Shown here in pieces: positions 1 to 13,414 of a DNA stretch of 64,000 bases. The stretch lies in contig NIVC01000764.1 of the NCBI GenBank assembly GCA_002269645.1, forward strand, positions 209,749-273,748, read 5' to 3'. The position numbers and the translations under genes were made by a program. The DNA comes from Macrostomum lignano. Lineage: Eukaryota. The first letter of the stretch is position 1, and each line of letters opens with the position of its first letter. The notes below the pieces were generated by a model that was not told where the DNA came from, made no database searches, and worked only from the letters and a program-made list of their open reading frames with translations.

Positions 1-2068
1 CTCTGACAACCGAGTCGAATGCCTTCTTGAAATCAATAAAGATTAAAATCAGTATCGACTGACGAATCCGCGCCTCCTCGATGACTCGGCGAAGAGCCAG
101 GATCTGCGCCACTGTGCCGCGATGGGGCCGGAACCCGTTCTGCTCTGGGCGCAGGTACGGATCCAGCACGGGCTGCAACCGCGAAAGCAGCATCCGGTTG
201 AACAGCTTCGCTGCACAGGACTGAAGGCAGATGCCTCGATGGTCTTCAAGCCTAGTGGTGCCCGGCTTCTTTGGAACAGCGACGATGTGCGCCGTGGTCC
301 ATTCGTTGGGCGCCGCCTCACCGAAGAGCACGCGGTTCATCACTCTGGCGACCTCAGCGGCCACACAGGGGATGCGCAGCGCCTCGATGGGCACCTCGTC
401 CGGACCCAGCGCTTTCCCGCCCGGTGACTGCTGGGCGAGCTTGACAACGTCGGCTGCGTTGACTGGGGCTACGCTGAAACTCTCCTCTGCCGGCAGCGGC
501 GTCTCCGGCGGCAGCGTCAGACTGTCTGGCAGCGGGGGTGGCGGCGCGTTGACGATGGCGGCGAAGAACTCGCGCAGCTCGTTCCTACGCTCGTCCGGCG
601 TGTCACCAGCCAGGTTCAGCGGATTGCGCCGCTTTCGTCCCGTCAGAGCGTTGATGGCGGACCAGGCCACGCGCCCTCTGGCATCGGGCCCAGCGGCAGA
701 GACAGCCTGAATGGCGTCATCGACAGCCGCTTGTTGGCGCTGCAGGTAGACAGCTGCCAGAGCTGCCTCTGCCTCGCGGGTTGGTCGCCTGCTCAAGCGG
801 AGCTTCTCCAGATCTTCCCTCGCTGCCTGAATCGCGGGGTCGTCCTGCCAGACCGGCTGCCCACGTTGAGCCGGCTGCATCATCGGGACTGCTTGCTCCG
901 CGGCGGTTCTGATTGCAGCGCACACTTCCGCATACTCGGCACTTCCACGCTTGTCGCCCAGCGCGGTGTTAAAGGCGCTAGCAAAGCGACGCTGCGTATC
1001 GGTGGCTCTGAGCGCGCGGTAGTAGCGCCGCGGTGGCCGCTTCGGCGGACGGTAGAGCGGATCGCGAAGGTTGAGGTCGCAGATGAGGAGCCGGTGATCG
1101 GACCGCAGAGCCAGCGGCGTGATGGTGCGGCAGTTGACGGCGCGACGACGCTCACGGAAACGCACGAGCACGTGGTCGAGCTGTGCTTGTCTCCGGGTTG
1201 CGTTCCTGCCACGCGCGTTCCGTCGCCTCCGCTTGCAGCCCACGAAGGTTGCGAGACCGCTCAGTGGCTTGCGGAAGCGGGTGTTGGCCGACACCATGTC
1301 CTGCCTCTCCAGGAAGTCCTCTAGTGCCTCGGTGTTGTTGTTCCCGCGTGGCGTCACGAACAGCGACCTCTCGGACCTACGCAGGACTGCGTTCAGGTCT
1401 CCGAGGGCGACCGCTGTGTCACGCTGCGCCGTCGCCTCTACCTGCACTGAGAGCTGCTCGAAAAACTCTTGAGCCTCGTCAGGGCGTGTGGCAGGGGGCG
1501 CGTACGCGCAGAACAGGCGAGCATTCCGACCGCGTAGCCGGACGTCGATCCGAAGCAACCGGGGGACAGGGAGATGCAGCGACAGCTCTGCTGCAGCCTC
1601 GGCCCGATCAGCGCTCCAACTCCTCCACGGCCTCGCTGGTCCGCAGAAGTATAGTAGAGGGTCCACCCGGCGCCCAAGTCCTCACAATGAAGTCCCGGGT
1701 CGGCCTTGATAGACACCTCCTGCAGCGAGATGATGTCGCAGCTCAGGTCGTACGCCAGCTTCGCCAGCACCCCTCTACGCCAAGCAGCCTTGAGAGTGCG
1801 GCAGTTGAGCGTCCCGACCCGAAGCATGCCCTGTGGTACGGCTGGGGCTCGATGCAGTTGAGCCTCACGGTCCCCGGCGCCACCCGGAGGATCCGAGTGG
1901 ACCGCGCGGCAGCTCGACGGGCGGCGCCACGCAGCCGGCCTCGTCGGTTCCGCTCACGCCGGCGCTCAACACGCCGACGGGCGCTCCGCTGCCCTCGCTT
2001 GGTCCTGCCGCATTTGGCCGCCGCAGCAGTTAAGCGCGGCTCTCCGCTCTGACCACGAGGAGGTAGCG
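1..2068 (-). mobile_element. RTE-type non-LTR retrotransposon, 5' part (APE endonuclease + start of RT), frameshifted; continues off the left edge
   Basis: Minus ORF 1438-1827 has APE motifs (VGTLNCRTL, IISLQEV). The minus strand near the window start reads ILIFIDFKKAFDSV (RT). The intervening sequence is homologous to the copy at 39.4-41.4 kb. Confidence 0.9.
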
Positions 2069-3231
2069 GCATTTATCTGCACCGTGGTGCAAATAAATTA
2101 AGACGAGGACGAGTACGAGTTTATTGATAACAGCAGATGGCAGAGAAGATAATGCTATATGGTGTACACTCGCGCGTCATCAATGACAATTGGTTAGTGT
2201 TACCTCTGAGAGACGCGATATAGATTAGTTGGATTAGCCAAGCAATGCTTGCAGCTACGGAGGAAATCTCAGACTGCGTGAACTTCGATAGTGCGCTATC
2301 ATATGACACTGGCATTGCGCACAAGTCTTCTAGGCCCGAAAGTACACGAATTATTCTTAAATGCCACGGTTACTGATAGCCGTCTCTGCGATAGCTTGAC
2401 CCTATCTGCAAAAATCACAACGTAGATTTTATATTCAGTCTAATTTCAAGTTCGAGCAATAATCTAAAGTTTTTTCTGCTATAGTAAAACTTATTATTAT
2501 GTAGGCCTTCTATTCCGTTATTGTAATTACAATACTCCAGTAGTTAGGTTATATAAAAATCCGTCTATACTTAAAATAAGTGGTTAATTGGCAATCGCTA
2601 GTCCAGTCGTAGGGGAAAGTGACTGATACCGCATCTTGAGCTTCGCATTACTCCCTTCGGTTGTTCTGATGGGCATCGATACGAGTAAACACCTTGATTT
2701 ACTCGAGAGGTCGCTCTATTGTGCGCAGGCGGATACAAGTTACATAGTGCCTGTATGAAAATCTGGCCATGATAGTCAAACCTCTGCTCCCCGCCCAGCC
2801 ACTGTCTTGATGGTAGACAAGCCGTTTCATGAAGCTGGACTGAATGATTCGCCTTCCACTACTAGCCTTTATGGCATTATAGGAAATGGTAAGCTTACTG
2901 CCTCTGATCCTAATAGGAGTAAAAATTTATTGTCATTGTACAATAAAAATATGAATACTTCAAGTTTTTAACGTCTCCTTGTCGTCTCCTTGTCGCCCGA
3001 GGATTTCTCATTAACGCCCGCAAAGCATAAGTATTACTATCATTTTGCCATAGACATTTGTGTCCTTGACAAAGTGGGACAAAATTAGCATTAGAGTAAG
3101 TTTGAAATAGACAATCGGGCGTTAAATGTCATTGTACCACGACCTTTGTGCCCGCTGGGCACTTATTCTTGCCTTTTAATGCCATAAACTACATTTAAGC
3201 CCGCTGGGAGGGAGGGACAAAAGAGGAATGG

Positions 3232-4200
3232 ATGAAGAGTGATGCGGCCCCCAAATTCTATAAGAGATATGTTGATGACACTCTTTTGGTTTTCAACGAA
3301 GGGACTGACTATAGCCGATTCTTAGACATTTTGAACAGCACTCATCCCAACATAAAGTTCACTGCTGAAGAAGGTGGGAAATCTATACCTTTTTTAGACA
3401 TTCAGATTAATTTTGAAAACGATTGTGTGTCCACCAAAGTTTATCGTAAACCCACCTACACTGGTCTTCTGCTAAACTTCAATGCTCTCTGCCCAACCCA
3501 GTGGAAAGTGGGCCTGCTGCGTGGTATGCTCCACCGGGCTTTCGAAATCTGTAGCACCTGGACTAGTTTCCATGAAGAAATTTGCTTAATTAGCACCTAT
3601 TTTTCCAAAAACAACTACCCGAAACGGTTCCTCGATTACCACATTAGGAAATTCATTGATGGTAAAGTCGCGAATCCGAACAATAGACAGAATAGGGAAG
3701 AACAGAAAGATCTGAGGATTGATTGCACCCATATCTCCATTCCTTTCTATGGGCCTGCTTCTGTTCATTTTAAAAAGAACCTCATCAGAGCGTTTAATAA
3801 GTATTTAAATGTGAAGCTCATGGTCACTTTCCGTTGCGAGAAAATCGGTCGTTTTGTCAAGAATTTGAAATGCCGCGTTCCCAGCTCCTTACGGACAGGT
3901 GTCGTTTACCAATTTCAATGCTCTGACGACCAGAGTATCACCTACATAGGTGAAACTACCCGACACCTGTACCTGAGAAGTAGAGAACATAGGCAAAAGA
4001 TGTCGGCCGTGCACGACCACCTGATGATATGCAAAGAATGCTGTGACAGCCAAATAGATAAAAACTTTTCCACCATCCATGCGTGCTCAAATGAGTACAG
4101 ACTAAAAGTGCTTGAAGCCCTGTATATAAAATCGCGTAAACCAATCCTAAATAAGCAACTTGCCAATCATGGTGCCAGTGCCCTCCTTAGAGTATTCTAG
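3232..4200 (+). CDS. Penelope RT C-terminus/thumb + GIY-YIG endonuclease (partial)
   Basis: YKRYVDD, IPFLD, VYRKPT, GVVYQFQC...YIGET, LEALYI...KPILN. Confidence 0.92.
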   Translation: MKSDAAPKFYKRYVDDTLLVFNEGTDYSRFLDILNSTHPNIKFTAEEGGKSIPFLDIQINFENDCVSTKVYRKPTYTGLLLNFNALCPTQWKVGLLRGMLHRAFEICSTWTSFHEEICLISTYFSKNNYPKRFLDYHIRKFIDGKVANPNNRQNREEQKDLRIDCTHISIPFYGPASVHFKKNLIRAFNKYLNVKLMVTFRCEKIGRFVKNLKCRVPSSLRTGVVYQFQCSDDQSITYIGETTRHLYLRSREHRQKMSAVHDHLMICKECCDSQIDKNFSTIHACSNEYRLKVLEALYIKSRKPILNKQLANHGASALLRVF

Positions 4201-4220
4201 GTGTACACTTGTGCTCATCT

Positions 4221-4239
4221 CACTCTCTCTCTCTCTCTC

Positions 4240-4293
<54 letters not shown>

Positions 4294-4305
4294 CCTCTCT
4301 CCCCT
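4221..4305. repeat. (CT)n microsatellite
   Basis: Direct reading of the sequence. Confidence 0.95.
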
Positions 4306-4441
4306 CATTGCAACTCTGTGAGCGCTCCGTCGGACTGTACAATCTACTGTTAATTTATATACATTTCTGATTTTTATCGACCCGTTCTTACTCTTAATTG
4401 TTAAATATAAATGAACAAATAAATCATTACTAATTTTAAGA

Positions 4442-4477
4442 GCCTGAAGATGCCTGACGCGAGGCGAAACATGTCGC
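4442..4477 (+). ncRNA. Minimal type I hammerhead ribozyme of the Penelope type
   Basis: Core CTGAAGA; stem II GCCT/AGGC; GAAA; palindromic stem III ACATGT; cleavage triplet GTC (4473-4475). Stem I is short. Confidence 0.75.
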
Positions 4478-5470
4478 ATAAAAAATGACAGCGCTCACCT
4501 TCTTAATTCTCGTATTAAGGAAGCAAGTTATATGTGAGTGACTATTTAGCTAAGCTAAAAAAGCTAGTAGTCTCATAATTTAAAACTAACGAGCTCGTCG
4601 TCCGCAAGCTATTTATTAAAACTGCAATATTTTAAAAAGCCTCAACCAGACGCACAAAAATGCTAAAAGTCTAAGGAATTTTGAGCACAACGTTAATAAC
4701 CGCAGTGCTCAGACACTTTCCGGACTTCCCCCTAATGCCGAAGTAATTATTTACCTCCTTTATTGTCGTCTGCCCCTAGCCTGCAATTCCAATTGCAGCG
4801 TCTCCTCTCCCCTCACGGCTAATAAACAAGACGCGCAAGGATTTGTACTTTTATAAGGAAAGCGAGCGGGATTCTAAAAATAAAAACACGCGCATATTAC
4901 AATAAAAAAATCAACAACAAAAAAGTTTTCAAAGCTTAAAAATAAAACGCAGTTATCCAAATAATGTTTGGATTACTATTGTCGATAATTGGGCCACTAT
5001 CGACTCGCTGCCTCTTAAGGAGACCCAGGAAACTAGAATCACGGATTGGCAATCAAGCTTCGTATGCCACACAGAAATTATGACAACTATATTGGCAAAA
5101 GATAAACACCAGATCTTTGTTCAAAATCTCCATGGTGTGCAAGTCTAATAATGAAGACATCAAGAAAAATATCCTACATAGCAGCCGGTCCCTGTTTTCA
5201 AGATTGTTTAAAAAAGCCCCCCCCCCTGGTGTAAAACTATACATAAAGTACTTTCCCATCGAGTCAGCTCCCATGCATATTACTCAAATACTCTAACAAG
5301 GCCAACGGACCCGTATGGCCTTATTAAAATCCAACTGCGCAATTCATAGGGCAACTTAGTGCGAAAACTGCTGTATAATAAACTTGCCAAAAAAGTGGAA
5401 AGAATTACATACCAAAACCATGGCAGCCTGAATATAGCAACGAAATTTAAGACAAGTCATTTATACTGCA

Positions 5471-6256
5471 ACTCAGATGTCAAAATGAGACACTTCATCT
5501 CACTAGACTCAGATGTGAAAAAGAGACACTCCATCTCACTAGACTCAGATGTGAAAAAGAGACACTCCATCTCACTAGATTCAGGTGTGAAAAAGAGACA
5601 CTTCATCTCACTAGACTCAGGTGTGAAATGAGACACTCCATCTCACTAGACTCAGATGTGAAAAAGAGACACTCCATCTCACTAGACTCAGATGTGAAAA
5701 AGAGACACTCCATCTCACTAGATTCAGGTGTGAAAAAGAGACACTTCATCTCACTAGACTCAGGTGTGAAATGAGACACTCCATCTCACTAGACTCAGAT
5801 GTGAAAAAGAGACACTCCATCTCACTAGATTCAGGTGTGAAAAAGAGACACTCCATCTCACTAGACTCAGATGTGAAAAAGAGACACTCCATCTCACTAG
5901 ATTCAGGTGTGAAAAAGAGACACTCCATCTCACTAGACTCAGGTGTGAAAAAGAGACACTCCATCTCACTAGATTCAGGTGTGAAAAAGAGACACTTCAT
6001 CTCACTAGACTCAGGTGTGAAATGAGACAATTCATCTCACTAGACTCAAATGTGAAATGAGACACTCCATCTCACTAGACTGAGGTGTGAAATGAGACAC
6101 TCCATCTCACTAGACTCAGATGTGAAAAAGAGACACTCCATCTCACTAGATTCAGGTGTGAAATGAGACACTTCATTTCACTAGACTGAGGTGTGAAAAG
6201 AGACACTTCATTTCACTAGACTCAGATGTGAATTGAGGACTCAGATGTGAAATGAG
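5471..6256. repeat. 36/34-bp minisatellite with a higher-order variant pattern
   Basis: Unit gagacactccatctcactagactcagatgtgaaaaa. Confidence 0.95.
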
Positions 6257-6589
6257 ATAACGCGACACCTGATCTCGTGAATCAAATATGGAATATCAAA
6301 TGAGACACTACATCAATCGTTCTTATTTAAAATCATTCTTTTTTAACTCGCATTTCTGTAGTTTAAATATTTTTCATATCAAGCAACTCGAGCATCCTGC
6401 GCTTATATTTTTCACATTCATAAATCCGAACCATTTTTTGGACAGCGGCTGACTGCATGGGGCGCGTGCCCCAGTTACTGGACAGGAGAGAGACGCGGGC
6501 ACGCCGGTGTGACCTCAGATTTCAAAGACGGGGAAGTACGAATGCATTGTACAGCCGTAAGACCTATCTTGGACTTTTAAACTTAAACT

Positions 6590-7095
6590 AAGTCGACAAG
6601 AGCTCAAGGACGTCAGGTAAAATTACTCAGGTCTACAAGAACTCAAGGACGTCAGGTAGAATTACTCAGGTCTACAAGAACTCAAGGACGTCAGGTAGAA
6701 TTGCTCAAGTCGACAAGAGCTCAAGGACGTCAGGTAAAAGTACTCAGATCTACAGGAACTCAAGGACATCAAGTAGAAGTACTCAGGTCTACAAGACCTC
6801 AAGGACGTCAGGTAGAATTGCTCAAGTCGACAAGAGCTCAAGGACGTCAGGTAAAAGTACTCAGATCTACAGGAACTCAAGGACATCAAGTAGAAGTACT
6901 CAGGTCTACAAGACCTCAAGGACGTCAGGTAGAATTGCTCAAGTCGACAAGAGCTCAAGGACGTCAGGTAAAAGTACTCAGATCTACAAGAACTCAAGGA
7001 CGAGGTAGAATTGCTTGCTTAGATAGACAAGAACTCATAAAATTCAGGTAGAATTAACCAGAAAGACAAGAACTCTAGGACGTCAGGTAGAATTG
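6590..7095. repeat. 39-bp minisatellite with a 117-bp (3x) higher-order repeat
   Basis: Unit ctcaaggacgtcaggtagaattactcaggtctacaagaa; three variants cycle. Confidence 0.92.
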
Positions 7096-7821
7096 CTTGG
7101 ATAGAACAGACTCAATGAGAATTGCTCACATGGGCAAAGAACTCAATCAAAGCTAAGGATTTGGAGACAAAGGATCAAGAAAGCAAGATAATTCTCAGTA
7201 AATTACATGCTTCAACCTACCTGATGATCCTGAAGGTGATCAGATCAGAGAGTAGGACAGTCTAATACACGGTTAATGCTAGGCAAGAGAGGCGTGCTTA
7301 AAGATTAACTGATTTAACTGACACTGAAGCTCATTTTATTCAATCGAGGACAGGGCGCACACACAAATGCAAAAGCGGAGCTGTTGTCGGCAAACAAGAA
7401 AAAGATAAATTAAAATTTGCAATGCTAATTTTTACAAGTACATTCAACCCGATTGCGGGCGAACTGAATTGAAAGAAGTGAAGAGCTCAAAAATACGCAG
7501 GATATAAAGTCTGTATGTAGAAAAACTGATTGACAAAAAAGAGAAGAGTCAGAGGTTTGTTAAACTTCGTAGCATTCAATGCATTAGAAGATTATTAGTG
7601 TTCTGTGTTCTACATCATGTTTAGTACGAGGGGTGTTGTAAAGTTTCCACGCTTGAAGCAACAAACGCATGGGTTTTATAAAACGATCTGTAAATTTAAA
7701 TTGTCTCTGGCTATCCAGTCACTGATGTTGTTTTTCCTTGCCGCTGACATGTCAGAATGAAGTTCCGTTGGCTCTCAGCAAGCAGCAAGTTGCCCGTGGC
7801 AAATGTAAAATGAGCTGCCTA

Positions 7822-8636
7822 GGCCATGGCTCAATATGGGATTTGCTGAGATGCCATGGCTCAATATGGGATTTGCTGAGATGCCATGGCTCAATATGGG
7901 ATTTGCTGAGATGCCATGGCTCAATATGGGATTTGCTGAGATGCCATGGCTCAATGGGGGGATTTGCTGAGATGCCATGGCTCAATATGGGATTTGCTGA
8001 GATGCCATGGCTCAATATGGGATTTGCTGAGATGCCATGGCTCAATATGGGATTTGCTGAGATGCCATGGCTCAATATGGGATTTGCTGAGATGCCATGG
8101 CTCAATATGGGATTTGCTGAGATGCCATGGCTCAATATGGGATTTGCTGAGATGCCATGGCTATATGGGATTTGCTGAGATGCCATGGCTCAATGGGGGG
8201 AGTTGCTGAGATGCCATGGCTCAATGGGGGGAGTTGCTGAGATGCCATGGCTCAATGGGGGAGTTGCTGAGATGCCATGGCTCAATGGGGGAGTTGCTGA
8301 GATGCCATGGCTCAATGGGGGAGTTGCTGAGATGCTATGACTCAATCAGGGAGTTGCTGAGATGCCATGGCTCAATGGGGGAGTTGCTGAGATGCCATGG
8401 CTCAATGGGGGAGTTGCTGAGACGCTATGACTCAATCAGGGAGTTGCTGAGATGCCATGGCTCAATGGGGGGAGTTGCTGAGATGCCATGGCTCAATGGG
8501 GGGAGTTGCTGAGATGCCATGGCTCAATGGGGGGAGTTGCTGAGATGCCATGGCTCAATGGGGGAGTTGCTGAGATGCCATGGCTCAATGGGGGAGTTGC
8601 TGAGATGCTATGACTCAATCAGGGAGTTGCTCAGAT
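7822..8636. repeat. 30-bp minisatellite, polarised variants
   Basis: gccatggctcaatatgggatttgctgagat changing to gccatggctcaatgggggagttgctgagat. Confidence 0.95.
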
Positions 8637-9314
8637 ACCAATGAGATTACTACTATCATATTTCATGACAGGTATAGCCGCTGAGTCATATTGTCCGAAA
8701 TACATAGTACATAGTATTTTTAATGTATTGTACTTTGTCAAGAAGAAACAAAACAGCAATTTCGCTTTCTTTTGTTGTTGCTGCTGACGCACCTGCGTCT
8801 AGACACTTAATTAAAACCATAGAAACGCAACAATTTATAGCAATGAATGGATGAAATTATCCAAGAAATATTGCATTGCAACGCCCTTAATTCAAATACT
8901 AAAAGCAGACAGAGAAGCAATAGAAATATTAAATAATATTAAAGGCGCGGTCCGTTTCTGCGGCTTCTCTTGCCGCTAAATCGGAATTTCTACAATTTTT
9001 TCTCTTTTAGAAGCAGCAAAAAGCAACACAACCGATAGAAACCCTTCAACAGTAGCAGCAGAAAGAAATTGGTGCAGTCAAGCATCGTTTGAAACTAAAA
9101 GCAGTTAAGCTAACAATAATTTGATCAGTACGTCTGCTTCAATTGCGTCTAGACGTATAACAATAAAATAAAAAACAATTTTCATAATCAAAATGAACTA
9201 CTTGGCTAAGTAGAGAAATAGGAGAATACCAACAATTTTTATATAGAAAACACATTGGATTTAGATAGAAAAGATTTTCATTTTTAGTATTTAGATAGAA
9301 AAATAACGACTTAC

Positions 9315-9470
9315 CTGTTCATCATTGACGTACAATTCGGTATTATTAGCTCTGGGTGGCCACTGCTGAGCCTGAGCTGACAGCATTAGTGAGAACGGCT
9401 GTGTGAGGGCTCTGGAATGGGGCGAGAAGTTTCGATGCACAAGCTGCATTGCACTGACTGACGACTATCG
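9315..9470 (-). CDS. Possible host coding exon
   Basis: Open frame ...PRANNTELYVNDEQ ending at a perfect CAG|GTAAGT donor (9315/9314). The acceptor is not defined. Confidence 0.3.
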
Positions 9471-9504
9471 ATATGATGAGGCAACTAGAACTCAGGGAGT
9501 GTGG

Positions 9505-10037
9505 CGGGTGTCTGCATTGGATGAGGGAGGGTAGCGGGTGTCTGCACTGAGTGAGGGAGGGTAGCGGGTGTCTGCACTGAGTGAGGGAGGGTAGCGGGTG
9601 TCTGCACTGAGTGAGGGAGGCTAGCGGGTGTCTGCAGTGGGTGAGGGAGGGTAGCAGGTGTCTGCAGTGGGTGAGGGAGGGTAGCAGGTGTCTGCAGTGG
9701 GTGAGGGAGGGTAGCAGGTGTCTGCAGTGGGTGAGGGAGGGTAGCAGGTGTCTGCAGTGGGTGATGGAGGCTAGCGGGTGTCTGCACTGAGAGGGAGGCT
9801 AGCGGGTGTCTGCACTGAGTGAGGGAGGCTAGCGGGTGTCTGCAGTGGGTGAGGGAGGGTAGCAGGTGTCTGCAGTGGGTGAGGGAGGGTAGCAGGTGTC
9901 TGCAGTGGGTGAGGGAGGGTAGCAGGTGTCTGCAGTGGGTGAGGGAGGGTAGCGGGTGTCTGCAATGGTGATGGGGAGGGTAGCGGGTGTCTGCACTGAG
10001 AGGGAGGCTAGCGGGTGTCTGCAGTGGGTGAGGGAGG
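9505..10037. repeat. 30/28-bp G-rich minisatellite
   Basis: Unit gggtgtctgcagtgggtgagggagggtagc. Confidence 0.95.
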
Positions 10038-10782
10038 CTCACTCCACAGCCAATGCGACCCAGCACAGGTGAGCTAAATTAAGCTGCAGTGCTTTAAAAA
10101 ACGCCCAGTGCTACCACTACAATTTAGAAGGACATTTGAGAAGCTGTCGATTCCTCGCTCAGTCAGTAGCCGGGGGGGGGGGGTGACAACAGACGCCAGA
10201 CAGGAAATGGACAGAAGCAACAATGCGCAGGAAACACATCCATACACTGTGTGATGAGTAGAAGCAGGCTATTCTGAGAAAAGTCGATAATCTTGGAAAA
10301 AAATTCGCTGCCCTCTCACCCAACTTCCGGCACGCTTTCAATCTAGTAATCATGTAACGAGTGAGTGTCAGGGGGAGGTAAAGAGCTGGCGAGGATCAAG
10401 TTAACAGCAGGAGCATGGCAACCAGCAGATTGTCAAATGGCGACAATTAGCAAATATGCGACTGCCATCAAAGGGCAGAGCAGGGCAGGGGGGGGGCGTA
10501 GGAAAGGCTGCAGTGCGGTGGCACTCTTGCCATGGCTATTCTGTGACTGCTATGCATGCTTAGGCCAACAGCATCCATTACATCACATCAACAGTATCAA
10601 TCTCAGCATATATCTATCATACAAGATTAAACTTATCAATCACACAAGATCAATATTATCAATCAGACAATATCATTATTATCAATCACACAAGATCATA
10701 TATACTAAAAATACAACACTAAAAATCACACAATATCAACAGTATCGATCACAGCACATCAACAGTATCAATCACACAAAAT

Positions 10783-11527
10783 GAACAATATTATCAGACA
10801 AGGGCAATATTATCAATCAGACAAGGGCAATATTATCAACCAGACAAGGGCAATATTATCAACCAGACAAGGGCAATATTATCAATCAGACAAGGGCAAT
10901 ATTATCAATCAGACAAGGGCAATATTATCAATCAGACAAGGTCAATATTATCAATCAGACAAGGACAATATTATCAATCAGACAAGGGCAATATTATCAA
11001 CCAGACAAGGGCAATATTATCAATCAGACAAGGACAATATTATCAATCAGACAAGTTCAATATTATCAATCAGACAAGGTCAATATTATCAACCAGACAA
11101 GGACAATATTATCAATCAGACAAGGACAATATTATCAATCAGACAAGGACAATATTATCAATCAGACAAGGACAATATTATTAATCAGACAAGGGCAATA
11201 TTATCAATCAGACAAGGAGAATATTATTAATCAGACAAGGGCAATATTATCAATCAGACAAGGTCAATATTATCAATCATATAAGGTAAATATTATCAAT
11301 CAGACAAGGACAATATTATCAATCAGACAAGGACAATATTATCAATCAGACAAGGGCAATATTATCAATCAGACAAGGACAATATTATTAATCAGACAAG
11401 GGCAATATTATCAATCAGACAAGGTCAATATTATCAATCATATAAGGTAAATATTATCAATCAGACAAGGGCAATATTATCACTCAGACAATATCAATAT
11501 TATCAATCAGACAAGGTCAATATTATC
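10783..11527. repeat. 23-bp minisatellite
   Basis: Unit atcaatcagacaagggcaatatt. Confidence 0.95.
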
Positions 11528-12215
11528 CATTCCCAAAGCCTACAAACCAGCTAGTTTCAAAGCAAAGCACACTGAATAGTCTCAGTTGCATTCGAATGAG
11601 ACAACATTAAAAATAAATATTTAGTGTTGGTATATTTTTGTTAAAATACTGGAATATTTAATTCACTTTTGCCAATACTATTAATTAAATTAGAAAGCTG
11701 GGTAGAAGTATGAATTAAGTGAGGACAAAAAAAGTACAATAACTGCATGAGAGTCATACAGAGTGTGTTAAGTCATACAATGGTATACAATATACCCAGA
11801 ACACGAGGCTAAAAGTACACGTATAAGTGCTTTTTGCATTTTCCTGATACAAATGACAATAGAGACGCAAAATAATTGAGATAAAACGCTGTCTTTATGA
11901 TATAAAAGTACAAAAAATAACTTGTTTTATCGGGCAACGTGCAAAGTCGACACGAATCGACGTGTGGAATTTATTGAAGATTAATAATTCTTATCAGACT
12001 AGAAAAGCTGAAGCTTGGGTACATATTTTGTAAGGTTATTTTTGGCCCCAAGACAAGACAACGATATTGACACTGGGAGCGGGTCTCAAAACGCAAAAGC
12101 AGAAATACAATGCTGTCGAAAACAAAGAGCAGAAAACACACAAAAGCCGCTTAAAATAGGTAAAAAGCGCTACCAATGGCAGGAAGCAGATTTATTTCAG
12201 GCATTTCAGATAATT

Positions 12216-12808
12216 ATTTGAGTCATTCAGACAATCAATGACTTGAGTCATTTCAGACAATGATTTGAGTCATTACAGACATTGGTTTGAGTCATTCAGA
12301 CAATAAATAATTTGAGTCACTTCACATAATGATTTGAGTCATTCAGACAATCAATGATTTGCGTCATTTTAGATGTTGATTGGAGTCATTTTAGATAGTG
12401 ATTTGCGCTATTTCAGACAATCAATGATTTGAGTCATTTCAGATACTGATTTGCGCTATTTTAGACAATCAATGATTTGAGTCATTTCAGATAGTGATTT
12501 GCGCTATTTTAGACAATCAATGATTTGAGTCATTTCAGATAGTGATTTGAGTCATTACAGACATTGGTTTGAGTCATTCAGACAATAAATAATTTGAGTC
12601 ACTTCAGATATTGATTCGAGTCAATTAGACAATCAATGAATTGAGTCATTTCACAATGATTTGAGTCATTCAGACAATCGATGATTTGCATCATTTTAGA
12701 TAGTGATTTGCGTCATTTTAGATAGTGATTTGAGTCATTTTAGATAGTGATTTGCGCTATTTCAGACAATCAATGATTTGAGTCATTAGACAATTATGAA
12801 TTGAGTCA
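12216..12808. repeat. Degenerate ~22-26-bp minisatellite
   Basis: Core tgatttgagtcattcagacaa. Confidence 0.85.
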
Positions 12809-13103
12809 AAAAAAAACGCAGACAGACCAATTTAACAGCTACCTCGGACACTTTAATTAGTTCAACTGAATTTATCTTGGCAACACTTTTAACTGACAGA
12901 AAATAATAGAAACTCTGGCCGACTGGCCGATTATAAACGCATTAAATCAATAATAATTACTTTAATATTAAAGAATCGTCATTCCCTACCGCTTTCCCAG
13001 CAACATTATTTGCAAGCGATTGATTGAAAGTTAAATTACTACTGCTACTAGTAGTAACATCCGCACTATTGCAAACCCGATCGAAATAGTTATGCTTGGC
13101 TAC

Positions 13104-13414
13104 CTTGTAATGCTTCAGATACAGCTGCATTGAGCTAGCCGAAATGGCGTTGCTACGCTGACGCGGCTTCAAGACTTGAGGCTGCTGCTGCTGCTGCTGC
13201 TGTTGTTGCCGAGCAGCTCGAATATTCGACAACTGCTCCGAAAGCTGCTGTTGCGCGGACGAGTCGTCCGCATCTGCGGCGCTAAACTCGGCGCCTTCGC
13301 TGGTGCTGCCGCTGCGCAAGGATTGCACCGAGGCCGTAGTTGATTCCGCTTTGCCCAGATCGTCCGGTTCGCTCAGCATCTCAGATAATTGATGATAACA
13401 CACACTGCACACAA
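13104..13414 (-). CDS. Probable host coding exon (VCSVCY, then S/Q-rich region)
   Basis: GC-rich open frame with polyQ. A long polypyrimidine tract and AAG/CAG acceptor lie upstream; the donor is AAG|GTAGCC at 13104/13103. Confidence 0.5.

Larger units (their letters stand above)
3219..4480 (+). mobile_element. 5'-truncated Penelope-like element
   Basis: RT C-terminus plus GIY-YIG ORF, followed by a (CT)n tract and a hammerhead motif in the 3' region. Confidence 0.88.

Noticed and set aside
122-2052. Plus-strand ORFs over the GC-rich RTE (likewise antisense ORFs over Gypsy, RTE copy 2 and Polinton genes)
   Set aside because: Shadow frames of recognisable genes on the other strand or frame.
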